Positions 41,391 through 53,739 of a stretch of 64,000 nt of DNA are shown piece after piece. The stretch comes from Dicyema japonicum (taxonomy: Eukaryota > Animalia > Dicyemida). The notes below the pieces were generated by a model. That model was not told the origin of the DNA. It made no database searches and was given only the letters and a program-made list of their open reading frames with translations. Each line of letters begins with the position of its first letter. The stretch's first letter is position 1. A program made the position numbers and the translations under genes. The DNA is taken from NCBI GenBank assembly GCA_011109175.1, contig RDEW01000035.1, positions 448,902-512,901 of the forward strand, in the 5' to 3' direction.

Positions 41391-41500
41391 ATCTTTAATT
41401 TTCCCTTGCAAATAAAGCTGTTAAAGTTAAAACAACTCGGGTAAATGGGGGTCACAGAGCTAGAGCTTATGAAAATAGATATTTTTCATCGAAAACAATT

Positions 41501-41805
41501 TTATTTATTAACCCCGGATACACCGAGAAAGAAGTTAAAGTAAACAACTAATTAAGTGTATCCAGTTTCCACTTCTACAGAGTCCATCCAGAATCAGCAT
41601 AAAGGGTAAAAGACGTCCATACTTGCAGTTGTGGAAACCCCTCCAATGGAGTGGGAAAAGCAAATGATCCTTTTCATGCAAGCCTGGCACTGGGTGGCAC
41701 CTAGACAGGTGGATCACATGACGCCACTCTAATAGGAAGAGAGAGGAGTAACAGACGATCAAACAGAAACTTGAACCAATTAGCCGCGAAGCAGCACATG
41801 GTGCC
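41501..41805 (-). mobile_element. SINE-like element, copy B2, with 12-bp TSD
   Basis: TSD TCGAAAACAATT at 41489-41500 and 41806-41817; interrupts the RTE FHRKQLR codons. Confidence 0.9.
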
Positions 41806-42249
41806 TCGAAAACAATTACGCAATTTAATGGGCCTAGGTTAGCCCAAGAAGATTTCAAATAAGAAATTATACTCTGTGGCACAATAAGCATCGACATAAT
41901 TGAATCAAGATGGAGACTATTTGGGGACGTGTTTAGAATGAACATAATCGCCCCTGCAAATATAATAATTGACAATTACTTTAACAATGAGACAAACCAT
42001 CGTTCAGAGAAAAACCCAGACTCACTCTATCCGTAACTCTGAACAAGGATCTTAATGGAATTGGAAGAAAACTTAAATCTGCAGAAGATCTAGAAGATCT
42101 ACGGACAGATGCGCAAAGCAGAGGCCTAATAAAGCAAATCTCAAAACGTGTGGCACAAAAGGGACCTTAGTTAATATAACGTTCTTTGGTTCTGTGAAAG
42201 TGCTTTTAATAATAATGATGGTTGAGTTAGTGATGCGACTCGGTTTCAC

Positions 42250-42520
42250 AGAGTTGAGAAATGGCCAGGGCATCCTACGTATCTGCAATGAGCTAGGAAA
42301 CCCATTCAGAGAAAAGGTGGGCCATGCAGAGGAATTCAGATCGATCTAAAGAAGTGTACTCCGATAGAATTTTTCTGCAGACACAAAAGAAAGCATTTCC
42401 AGACGGCAGTTGGGTCTCTGGCGGAACATTCAAGAAGACTTCGGGAGATGTTGGAGGCTAGGATAACTTAATTAGTGGATTAATCTTTTTTGTGGTCTTG
42501 GGGTTTTAAAATAAATAAAT
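42250..42520 (+). mobile_element. LINE 3' end fragment
   Basis: Homologous to 8900-9160; ends with the stem-loop and an AATAAA tail. Confidence 0.8.
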
Positions 42521-42589
42521 TGCACAAAGTCTTAGCACATATTAACTTACAATAAATAATTTTAAATAAATCTTATTTTTTTAATCAGT

Positions 42590-42770
42590 CGTCGAGTCAT
42601 CGGGAGCCGTTGGTCCAATGACGGTTGAGTTCTTGCGCGAAGTCAGAGGAATGCTTTCCAGAAAAAATAGAGATCAACGAGAAGGGTTATGGCTGAGACA
42701 AAAAATTAAAATGGCCATATTCCGAGGGAACTCGTTTGCGATCCACGCAGCCGGCTTCCTCAACTAACAT
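42590..42770 (+). mobile_element. CRE-like 3' terminal fragment
   Basis: VESSGAVGP..FLREV..RQKIKMAIFRGNS. Confidence 0.6.
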
Positions 42771-44299
42771 TTTTTTCTTTGTTAAATAATTGTCTTAAAA
42801 AAACAGTCGTATAGTTATTTAGAAAAAAGTGAAATTAAGCGAAATTCTTCATTCATTACATAAAAATCAATAATCCACTCGAATCCGTCAAATTCTCGAA
42901 TCTGCCACTTTCAAATAAGGAAATTAATACTTTACTTTTTATCTGGACATTTTGGACGTTCCATAATCATGTCTACGTACTCAAGTTACTGATATTTTCA
43001 TAATGATGTTCCCCGAAGCTCGATTTTCTCTCCTTATTAAACATACACATGTCAACTATTTTTTTCAAACGCTGATGACATTGTGATTTCTTCACGTCAT
43101 GTTGCCATTGCTTTTTCAATTCTCCATTTCTTTGTGGATAAACCTAATCTCTACCCATCGTCGTCAGTTTAACTTGACCCAACGTTGATTTTAAGCGTCA
43201 CTCAAATTCTTGTCATCAAAAATCCTAAAGTCCTTAGTATGGATCTCGACATTCTATCGCCACATTCTTCAGAGTTTTCTTTAATATGACTTACTGGACC
43301 GTCGTTCCTTTTTGAATGTACAATATAGTTCTTGAAGTACTCTGAAACATCGGTTCTTTATCATCTCCAATATTCTCGACTCCGATGGCGCTATTTATTG
43401 TTATTCGATTCTCCCTAAAACCAAAAAGAAGAAAGGAGGATACTAAGGAGTGCAAAAAAGGCTTTACTATTACTATCTTATTTGGATCCTGGATGATACC
43501 AGGATTTTTTGATGTGTAAATGACGAAATTAGATTTTATCAATGTCATTTTTAATATGTTTGAGAAAATAACATGAATTAATTCTTTTCAAAGACAAAAA
43601 TATTTGTTACATTTAATTATATTTTTAGTAAATTTAAAGGTATCAACTTTAATAATACCAAATATATCCAAGAGAGTTAAGAATTAACTCAGGTCACTTC
43701 CCACAATCAAAAAAATAAAAACATCACTTCCCACAATCAAAAAAATAACTAAAAGACCCTCACTCCTTTCCCAACTGGGTAATCGACCTTTAATATTTGA
43801 TTCCCCCTACTGCTAAAAATCAGTCTATCATAACTGTAAATTTTTTAAGCAGAAAATTCCCAGTCTTCAATTCTTATTAAAAAGCCTCCATATTCTCTAG
43901 GAGCTGGAATATATTCCGTGCCCGAACAAGCCATCATCTACATACTCACTGTACCACATGAGTGAGAGATTCAAGCATCTTGAATTACTAATACAACGGG
44001 ATTGAAGTCTTCTCGTATATTGGATGGTTTTTGAGTTATTTGATAAGAATGTCGTAGATGGCTAGTTAGTAGGTTGATAAACCCAAAGAATCTTCATTGA
44101 TGTTCTAGTAAAGAACTTCCAGGGATATGGACTCTAAGTTGGAACCGATGACCCTTTAGACAGCTTCCTGAATTATAAATAACTCATGTAGGGTACAATG
44201 TGAAATTGTCACTAACCACACCTCACATGCATAGGTCAATGTCGACTGCCTAGTTCATAATGCCCAGGCAAAAATGAGTTTTCTGCCGAAAATCAATAT

Positions 44300-44690
44300 G
44301 TAAGCTATTCACCTCAGACCGTCGTTCCATAGAAGATCCAAGAATTTTCATTTAGTTGGTCCAGATAAAAGTAACAAGGTCTCTCCCAATTCTTGGATTA
44401 AAGTTCGACAGGTTGTTGAATTTCAACTCCCATGTGAAGAAAGTTCTTCTAAAGGCTTACAGAAGCTGAACGTTGTCTACCAGCAAACTGCGTGGAGATT
44501 CGTGTTATCGACGACTATGCTCTGCAGACGAAACTCGATATACCGGAAAGCCATACATATGATTGGTCCTCATAAGCCAACCCCCCCCTACTAATACTAA
44601 AGGAAGAAACGACTGCGGATTCCTTCAGTCTGTGAGGAGTATCGAAACCGACTTACTCTGAAAGCCCTCTAATGCAAAAAAGGAAGGATC
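44300..44690 (+). mobile_element. LINE RT C-terminal fragment
   Basis: PILGLKFDRLLNFNSHV. Confidence 0.55.
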
Positions 44691-44733
44691 AATTAAAAAA
44701 CTAAATATAATAATAAATATTTTAAATAATTAA

Positions 44734-45159
44734 ATGGATATATCAGATTATAACAAATGTAAGATTGTAGTGATAGGAAAGTCATCAAAGGATAGAGCTA
44801 TATTTGTGAGACAAATAACACAAACAAGTTACAAACAAACAATTGGATGTCACGTGGAGTTAATTATGCACAGAATTCGTGCCACAAATGGAAGAGAGTC
44901 AATAATAGAGATATGGGATGTTTCCCCAGATGAGGCAGCTAAAATTTTTATGATGGATGCGGACGGAATAATAGCAATACTCGATGGAAGTAAACATGAC
45001 ATTAACGCAGACTCACCACTACTAATAGTAAATATGGGACCGATCACTGAACAGCCAAATGTGCTTAATATTAGCAAATACATAAACGAATGTGATAAAT
45101 ATATAATATGCAATTTTATTAACTCAGTAATAGAACACAAATTAAATTATAATAAATAA
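44734..45159 (+). CDS. RABL3-like small GTPase with degenerate G motifs
   Basis: KIVVIG, TIGCHVE and IEIWDV align with RABL3-type KVLVLG, TVGCSVD and IELWDV. Intronless 141-aa ORF. Confidence 0.65.
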   Translation: MDISDYNKCKIVVIGKSSKDRAIFVRQITQTSYKQTIGCHVELIMHRIRATNGRESIIEIWDVSPDEAAKIFMMDADGIIAILDGSKHDINADSPLLIVNMGPITEQPNVLNISKYINECDKYIICNFINSVIEHKLNYNK

Positions 45160-45671
45160 TTGTTATTTTTTAAATTAATAGCCCGCTGCATTAGTGTTCG
45201 TCTTAGCTCATTAATTGATGGTTGTTGTGCACCAATGATAGCTCTGTCCACCTTATCTATTGATGACTTGAGTCTTTGAGGTGACACAGTGCAGGTTCCT
45301 ATGTTATAGCTGTCAGCAGTCATTGGAATTAAGTTATTGGTTTTTTTGGTTCTGTGGGAGTATTTAATCCAACTGCGGACTAGAGAGTAGAGTGAATGGG
45401 GTTCCTCCAAATCATTCAAATTGATGTCTCTTCCAAATATTTGTATAATGTCCTCCTCCTTCTTTGAACACAAATCATCCGCATGTACACGTTTATGCAT
45501 TATGTTGGTGTCCCACTATTATTACATTTAATAATACTAAATTTGACTGAATTGGTGATTTGTCTGTGTTTGTTCGACATGCACTAATAGTTATCAAAAC
45601 GAATACATTATTCTCTCATTAACTGATTCTTTGAAGGCTCTTCGGCATTTTATTATATTTTCATTAACCAT
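45147..45671 (-). CDS. LIN37: LIN37 (MuvB/DREAM subunit)-like protein
   Basis: IIQIFGRDINLNDL..SLYSLVRSWI matches the LIN37 core. Two introns (23 and 22 nt) extend the ORF to an ATG at 45671. Confidence 0.7.
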
Positions 45672-45779
45672 GCACACCTCGTTGTATATTTTATTATAAA
45701 ATATAAATTAAATAATACATTTAACGCTTTATTTAAGCAACAATAAAATAGTTAATATTTAATAATCAACAACCTTCCT

Positions 45780-46150
45780 CGCCTGCCTGTTCGCCAGCCA
45801 CCTGGGACAGGTTCGATTCTAGTTGCTGAAACAACTCCGAGATCTCTTGTCAAACTGAACCCTCTGCCAATATGCCATCTCCGGGCTCTGACTCCTATAC
45901 TCCAGTGCCAGACTCTCTAGGGTCAGCTTTAATACTGTCAATTGTAGATAGGCCTGGAGCTTCCAATCTATCCCTAACTGTTTTAGATACCCACTCTATT
46001 GGAATGTTCCTACAAGGAGTAGATATGTTCCTCTCGTTGGTTTTTGATTATGTTGTAATATTGAACGTCTATTTCTACGACTGTGGGAATTGATTGTCTT
46101 TTGGACATATTCTTGGAATGGACCACAAGCTACTAAACGATTGCCATCTG
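45780..46150 (-). mobile_element. R4-like RLE LINE 3' fragment
   Basis: YLKQLGIDWKLQAYLQLTVLKLTLES. Confidence 0.65.
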
Positions 46151-46224
46151 ACAGTAAAATTGTTAACTCGAAAACTTTTTAATTTAAAACAATCTGTGAC
46201 TTTTCCAAAGAGGCTCATTATTTT

Positions 46225-46620
46225 AAATTAATTAAATTGTTCCAAAGACCAAGGGTAAACCAAACTAACTTATTCGGTGATCCTAACGCGTTCCAGTAGA
46301 GATTTCATCCAAGAATAACTATCAAGAGAGCATTTTACAGATAGTTGAGGACATTGTTCTGAGTGAGTTAACTCTTATTAAAGCTCTACATATTGTCGAA
46401 TTGTAGAAGAAAACATAAAATAAATCTGAAATCGAATTGTAGTTGACCCAATTAACTTCCATTAAACTCGATAATTTGCTACCTTTTTTATTCTTTTGAA
46501 TTTTTATGGCTCACGAGGATCTCCTATTCGTGAGAACTTTGATTACCATGACGACTCAAGAATTCCAGCCATACAAACGCAAGGGAACAAGACAGAACAT
46601 ACACAAATCCTCTGGTAGGA
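46225..46620 (-). mobile_element. LINE/SINE 3' end fragment
   Basis: AGGATCA..TGGTCTT stem; tail resembles that of copy C at 32815-32870. Confidence 0.55.
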
Positions 46621-47056
46621 CCTGTATACTTTTCTCACGATGTTCTTTTTATCCCTTAAGTTTTTAATTCGTTTTTGAGTTTAATGTAAGTAAAATTACA
46701 ATTAACGACAAGTAAAAAAATTCAAGTCCATTTTTCTCAATGCCGAATTTCCTATAAAAATTACATTACGTAGTCTTTAGGGAGCATAAAGACACGGAAA
46801 AGATTTGACTCTCAATAAGTGCTACGTTCAATTTAAGTGTTACGAATGCGTTAACAGACAAAAAGCCACTCGTATCGGATTAGCATTTAGTGGACTAATA
46901 GTCACAATAAGTTATTTACAAATAAATTGTCAACATTAATACAATATACTCTTTTTCCGAATGTTCATACTCTGATGAAGTCAGTATGTGATTGGTAGAT
47001 GTTTCCATTGTAGGAACACTAGTCAACATCAACATAAGAGCAATATTGACCCATAT

Positions 47057-48700
47057 ATGACAACGGTAATATTCATTAACCTAATTTAAATATAAGTAAC
47101 GAAACTTATAACATTATTGATGGATGAGGAAAACTGATTTTAGATTTTAAAAAAATTGAAATAAATGAAGCTCCTATATTATCACCAGTTTCTGTCCAAA
47201 TATTATCAAGGGATTATATAACTCTCACCAAAGTTACGGATATGCCGACAGTAAAGATTTATGTGATTATTAAAGGTTGAAGAACTACAACAAATTTTGC
47301 ATAGTTTGCCAGAACAAAACACAGAAATTCTTATAGAAAGCATAGAAAAAATCTTATTATGTTTGACTGATGAAAATCCCCCTATCCAGACAATTTTGGA
47401 GTCAAATTCTCTTAAAGTTATAATTCAGTGCACTTCTCGATTTGACTCACCAACTCTACAATACCAGGCACTTTGTGCGGTGTCGAATCTGGTTCCAAGC
47501 TTTTCCGAGAATCAACATAGCGTCATTGATATCGATATTATCCAGAATTTGACCTCTTTACTTGACTCACAAGACTTGAGATTGAAAAATCAGGCTCTTT
47601 GGACTTTAGGAAATATTTGTGGTGGCCATGTATTTAATCTTTAGGAAGCATCTTGAAGTATATGGACTTTAGTATTTCTTCGAAAATTCAAGAACCATTG
47701 TTAAAATTAATTTCACGAACCACAGACGGTATTATGTTATTTCTTAATTAGAATCCACAATAAGATTGCTGCATGGGTGTTTCATAATTATTACATGAAA
47801 CATCAAATGGATATGAAAGAATTTATTAATTTATGCGGTCCAGCGATAAAGATTATGCTGTCTATGGATGACTCAATTGTGGTTTTGTATAGTCTAATGG
47901 TAATGTCCGACAAATGTTTGAAAAATCAATCTTACTTAGACTCTTTGTCGAATATGGTTAGCAGTCATTAGAATTTGTGCAGATCTCTTATCCAGGATTC
48001 TTGTTTGGTTAATTCCTTAATATGAATATGTTAAACAATATTATCAATTAATAATATGCAATATTATGATGAGCTAATAAGTATTTTAATTATTAATTTA
48101 GATTTTTGTCGATAACGGAATTTTATTAACATTAAAGAAAATCATCGAACTAGAATACACAGAGTTGTTTCCTGATTTATTCGGATTCATTCATGAAATT
48201 GCTCACTATGATGAAAATGTTATTATTATATACGAAACTGAACTCTTCAAAAAGTCATATGAACAACTGATATCAGTGAATTTGGTATTAAATGTAGGTA
48301 GATAATAATATCACTTTAATAATATTAAATATGATGGAAGTTGTTTTGGATAAATCTTCACCTTTATATGAATGCTATTTTGATATTAACGGATTGATCG
48401 AAATTTTCACGGAAATATTGAGGAGAGACGACGACATTTTTGTCGTATTTCAGACATTGGTCTGTGTTTTGAGTTTTATATACATTTTTAATCCAACACT
48501 TGTCATGTAAATTTAGATCCTCGTGCTTATAATTTAATGAAAAAAGTGGAAGATTGTCAATATTATTGTGATATGGATGTCAGAATGAAAGCTAGAGAAA
48601 TTATTTATTCTTCGTCTTTTAAGGTTTTCAATTTACTCACTTTTAGTTATATTTTGAAAATTTTCAGTATGACTATTATTTGAAAAAAGTTATTAATTAA
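47057..48700 (+). CDS. Importin alpha (ARM repeats), divergent; start approximate
   Basis: NPPIQTIL, TLQYQALCAVSNL, QALWTLGNICG and AAWVFHN; 23-25 nt introns; one -1 indel near 47765. Confidence 0.8.
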
Positions 48701-50049
48701 ATTACTCGGATTATTATTTTATTCTTTTTAGGGTTTTTAATATGACTTCCTTTTTGGTAAGCTGTGACGTCCCTCTTGTTAAGACGGAACGAATGTAAAA
48801 CATGATCGAAAGGCATGGAAGAGGTAAGAAAAACATGGGGTGGACGAATAGAATAGGATGAACATATCATCTCTGAAACACATTCCTCATTTAAGAGCTC
48901 AGAACTAAGTAATTCAGAGTTTTGAAGGAAAGAAGCCACTAAGTAATTTTTTTTGGTTGAGGTGGTGACGTGCCTCTCTTGCACTTATGTGTACAAAGGA
49001 TTCAAAGCAATTAAACTACGTGACTATCCTAACCTTAAATGTCAGAAACCTGAATATCGCGGCTAAGAGGCTTGGCTTTTTTAGATTTCAATTGGGCTCA
49101 CAAGTTCCTCGAACGGTATTGGATATAAAAATCATTGAGCTCGATTTTGCAGGACTTGTGTGTAATAGCTTCCTTGTTAGCCAACAGCTCAGGTTGTCCA
49201 GTAATCATTGTAAACAGGTACCCGCTAATGTGAATACACTTTTCTTTTGTTGCCAGGGTTATGTAGTCAGGATAAGCGAGGATCAGAGAATCGGCTGCTA
49301 TGGGAAATTACGGGACAGTACTTCAAATTTTATAATAATGTATTTATTTTCATTTATTAAGAAATGTAAAGATTGAAGGATAGTTTATTGAGTACTATTA
49401 CAGAGGATGACCAACAATTTTGTGACTCAAGAAAAAATGATGCTGAGGAAACCAGAATTATATTGTCCAGTCAGGTCAGTCATTATTGGAGGTTCTACCA
49501 CTAAGTGTTGGGAATATCACAGTTAACGGACTGTATTGTTGAATTGGTCCATCCTCTACTCAAACCCCAACTTCCTTAATAAATAGACTATTACACTCAT
49601 AGTGAGCCCGACCTGGCACTCTGTCTATAAGGTAATAATTATATTTTGAGGACAGATGAGATTCTCTGATCATCATGAAGGGTTCATTGCCTTTGTTAGA
49701 GTAATTACTAATAGAATTGGTGGAAACCTTCAGAATTAAAGAAAATGTTTAAAATAAACAAGTTATCATGTTGGATGCGATTAGTGAGAGTGAGGATAAA
49801 TGCAGGGAGACTATACAATGTGTTTGCTAACTTCAGAGAGACTAAATGCTGGAGCCTCATCGAGAATATGAGGTTGTTTGTAATTTGAATTTTAGATTAT
49901 TTGTAGTAAGTCGGTTATGGGTGTTGTATTGGTGGATTTGTCAAATAGGAGAGGAAAGTTCGGTGCTCCAATTATAGTCTGGATAACTATTTATTGAATA
50001 TGAAATAATAATCCACGGTAGAAAATTTTGTCACATTGACCTGATGCAT

Positions 50050-50900
50050 AGTACCAAGACTGTTGTCAAAGATAATGAAGAGTACAACTTCCATCCTTAA
50101 TAGTGAAGATGTGAATATTGCAAAACAAATGAGGTACCGAGTAAAAAAAGCTGAAAATTTTATTGTTATTGATGAAAAGCTTTATTTGAAAGCTGTTAAC
50201 GTACGTCACAAACTTGTGATACCCTTAACTAGTAATGAAGAAATGAGGACTATTTCTCATGAGATTCACCAGACAAATCACTGAGGACATAACGCTCTGG
50301 ATGCGCTTTGTCGTAGGTTTAAAGTTTATTAGTTATTATTGTAGATTTGAGAATCAAAATGATCATTTTTCTTGGTTGTTGTCAGTTATAGACATCCATT
50401 CAAAATATGGATTTACAAGGAACCTGGAAATAAAAGTGGAATCAAGGTGGCAAACAAATTAGAAGAAAGTTTCATGGATTATGGACCTTGTAGGTTTCTA
50501 CAATCGACAACGGCACAGAGTTCAAGAACGGTCATATCAGATAATTGTTTGAGGATTGTAGAATTACTCAAACCCATGGAAGACCTAACAATCCCCAGAG
50601 TCAAGGGCTGTTGAAAGATTCAATCAGATGATCTCACGGAGTTTATCGAAAATGATAGTTTCGAATGACAAGAAATAGTGGATAAAGCACATTCGAAAGG
50701 CTGTGTTTTTATACAATCAAACGCCTCACTCATCCACAAGTAAATTTTTGATTTTATTTTTTTATAGGTGTTACTCCGTTTCAGAGATATCGAGAGATTC
50801 CGGGATACAACACCATTGTTAAAAATACTTTAACAGAGTCAGACGGTCAAGAATGCCCCGAAACATATAGTAAAGGTTTTTTGTCTAAAATTGTAGAAAA
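50050..50900 (+). mobile_element. Degraded rve-type integrase (Gypsy/Ginger-like)
   Basis: HEIHQTNH zinc-binding motif, WLLSVIDIHSKY, QSTTAQS (QSDNG-like), PQSQG..ERFNQ and YNQTPHSST. Confidence 0.8.
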
Positions 50901-51299
50901 GGTGATTAGAAATTTGATTTTCCTCGGGTAGACTTGAATTTTTTTTATTATAAAAGGATGAATAAAAAGACATGGAGTGCATCGATCGAAATATAAATTT
51001 AACATTGGAGATAGTGTATTCAATTTATAATTACTTAAAAAGTTCGTATTCTGATAGACTATGGAACTAATCCTTCACTACGTCTGCAAAGGTTCGAGCG
51101 GAGATGCTGTCACTATTGTTGCAAAATTGTCTAACAATTTGTCAATGTTAAAGATAGTGAGGGAATTGTGAAGAAGGTGCGTTCTAAAAATTATCAATAA
51201 TTGGTTAATGTTTGCTTTGAAATAATTGATTATTTTTATTTTTGACAATGATTGACATTGATTTCAGCTATCAAGGTAACGTCTGTGGCTCGCGACAGA

Positions 51300-51447
51300 A
51301 ATTTCCACCGTCTTAAACTGTAACAAACGTCGCCACATAAACAGCCAGCTCAGGTTGGGGAATATTAACCCAATTCCCTTTCCATTTTGTCTCAAACAGA
51401 CATTTCAAATGACTTACAGTGTGTTAAGTCCAACTATTGTTCACACG
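51300..51447 (-). pseudogene. Isolated large-subunit (28S-type) rRNA fragment
   Basis: Plus strand GGGAATATTAACCCAATTCCCTTTC ... GTCCAACTATTGTTCACACG matches the reverse complement of two conserved LSU blocks in the expected order. Confidence 0.65.
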
Positions 51448-51899
51448 TGCTGCCAAGGCTAAATTGTACTCAACTCACAATATTATTTTTAAAACAATTA
51501 AAGTCCTTTAACTACGTGGCAAGGGTCATTTGAACGTTTCCTCTGATCACCGTCATTTCAGCTGGTGTGTACGCCTTCCAGTCAAATGTAGAAAAATCAG
51601 AATGTAACTCTTGCGATGAAGTAGGGAAAAAATGATCCTTTTCGAGTGAGTGTCACCTGAGTCAAGAGGATCAAACGACGACTCTAAATTGAAGATTGTA
51701 AACAGAAAGAAAATTCTTCTACCAACTAGTCGGCTATGTGGAAACCTTAACAGAACACAATCGACTGCACCAATTACCACACTACCTTGAAGAAAACAGC
51801 CTAAAAGTTGGGAAAAGCAATAAAACTGGCTAAAAATATAGCAAGAAGCAAAAAACAAAAATAACATTAAAACTCATTTTTTTGAAAGACAAAAACCTT

Positions 51900-52750
51900 A
51901 TAAATACTAAGAATCTCCCACTCACTCTTAGAAATAGTCCCCTATAATCAACCTCCAAAGTGTCCATACTCCTAGTCAGATCCTTACTTGAATGACACAT
52001 CAATTAGAAATAATCGGCAAAATTTCCATCATAAACAAGTTTCATGCCACATTCACTGGCCATGTGTACAAAAGCGTGAAAATAAACAAGATTTTCGGGG
52101 CAGTTAACAAATCCGCCAAAGAAAAGTGATATCTTGCTTCAAAAGTGGTTTGTGCTCGAGGTTATCAGACTGCAAGGAGATGTTGTAGATATCACTACCA
52201 ATGTGGTTGGACCTTAGAGACATGAACCGTGAGCTACAATGATAGTGGACACGAATACACAATTTCATAGGCATCATTTGTCGTCCCAATAAAGAATCCC
52301 CCTCTTCTGAGACCGTCACAACAGTTCTTAATCATCAGTGCTTGTTCGTAGCTATCAAAAGATTAGTGGATCACAAACTGGCAGGAGGCAATCGAAAACT
52401 GACCAAAATTGTCGAATTCCTAGCTTAAATCGATCTGGATCACTTCTCACAGTGCCCCTTAAAAATTCACACTTAAACAAATTTTTATTTTTCTCTAGCA
52501 TACTAAAAAATCTTTTTTTTAAATAATTCAATTGCTGTCTCAGAAATGTATTTAGAGTCAATAATAGAACCGAGACAACCGAAGCGAAATATTCTGACGA
52601 ACCTCCACTTAAGCAGGTCCGCCTCCACATAACCATAACACACATCGAGCACTTGGATTTCATCAGAGGGTTGATCTTCACGAATTGCATCGGAATATTG
52701 TTCTACAATTATACTTAAATTAACTGATACATCAATGAGAAATACCGATA
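51900..52750 (-). mobile_element. Possible Helitron Rep N-terminal remnant
   Basis: CxxC..W motif, FKLGIRQFWSVF and HIGS resemble Helitron-like N-terminal motifs; many stops. Confidence 0.45.
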
Positions 52751-53379
52751 ATGGGTGAAAAGACGAACATTATTGCGTATTCTGACAGATCGCTGTACTT
52801 CCTAAAGACCAATTAAAAGGATTTTACTGAGAACTATTGGTATATGAGATTCACTTATTGACTAATAGTAGCTTAGGGATAACATCATGAGAAACATTTC
52901 CCAGATACTTTTATTTACCATTAAACTCAAATACTATTAAAATTAGGAGGAAGCAAAAAACCAGGAAACAAATTGATGAGTTAAAATTTTGACGGGATCA
53001 ACTACATTTTTTCGTCTCACATCCACTTAATGCTCTTCTCCAGCTTATAAAGAATTTGAAGTTGAGCTTCTGCAGGAGTTAGATCACACAGAACAAATGA
53101 ATATTTATTATTATGTTAATTCCGTTGGCTATTCGATGACTGTAGTCATATTAGCGTTCCGCAACAGGGTCCCACGGGTCTCCAACAAAATCAGCCTGTC
53201 CTCGTAAATTTTGAGTTTAAAAATCAATAAAAACGAGAAATCAAAAATATTTTCATTCGAATTTCAATCTCACACCTGAACTGCTTACCCAAAAAGAGAC
53301 CCTAAAATTTCTTATATATGCAAAATAGATTGCCTATATTATTGCAAAGCTGATTTTGGAGCTGATTTTTAATATAAAT

Positions 53380-53700
53380 AGAATACATTCTTCTATCGAA
53401 TGATACAATATCTCCAGAATTCAGGATTAGGTGGTGATATTTTATCCCAAACAGAATTAAAGAATGTCCATTGCTTATAAGTCTTCAATTTGATGAATCT
53501 ATTGATAAAGCATCAGTTTCTTCGTTTCGTCGAAAATGATTGAGGATTTTCTTTTTGTCCTGAACTTTCTGACAGTATGCTTGGTAAATATTTGATGTCG
53601 TAAATAGTTTATGAAATCAATATTGATTGGAGTAAAGTTACTTCAATGTGTACTGACGAAGCTGCAGTCCTCAACAGCCAAAGAAATTTGTGTGGGAATC
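53380..53700 (+). mobile_element. hAT (Buster-like) transposase fragment
   Basis: LQFDES, FLRFV, EDFLFC and IDWSKVTSMCTD. Confidence 0.7.
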
Positions 53701-53739
53701 TTAATTCAGTTCATGTCTGGATTTATGTATTTAACCCTG

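Larger units (their letters stand above)
37573..42215 (+). mobile_element. RTE-clade LINE: 5' part 37573-~38770, 3' part ~41390-42215, with nested insertions
   Basis: APE motifs GSFNVRGL, IQETK and INVYAPT; RT motifs QSGFRKGRST and DMS.AFD; C-terminal FHRKQLR and RLTLSVTLNKDL. A 54-bp direct repeat lies at both ends. Confidence 0.75.

Noticed and set aside
43693-43750. Tandem duplication of CACTTCCCACAATCAAAAAAATAA
   Set aside because: Only two copies in TE debris; most likely ordinary slippage.
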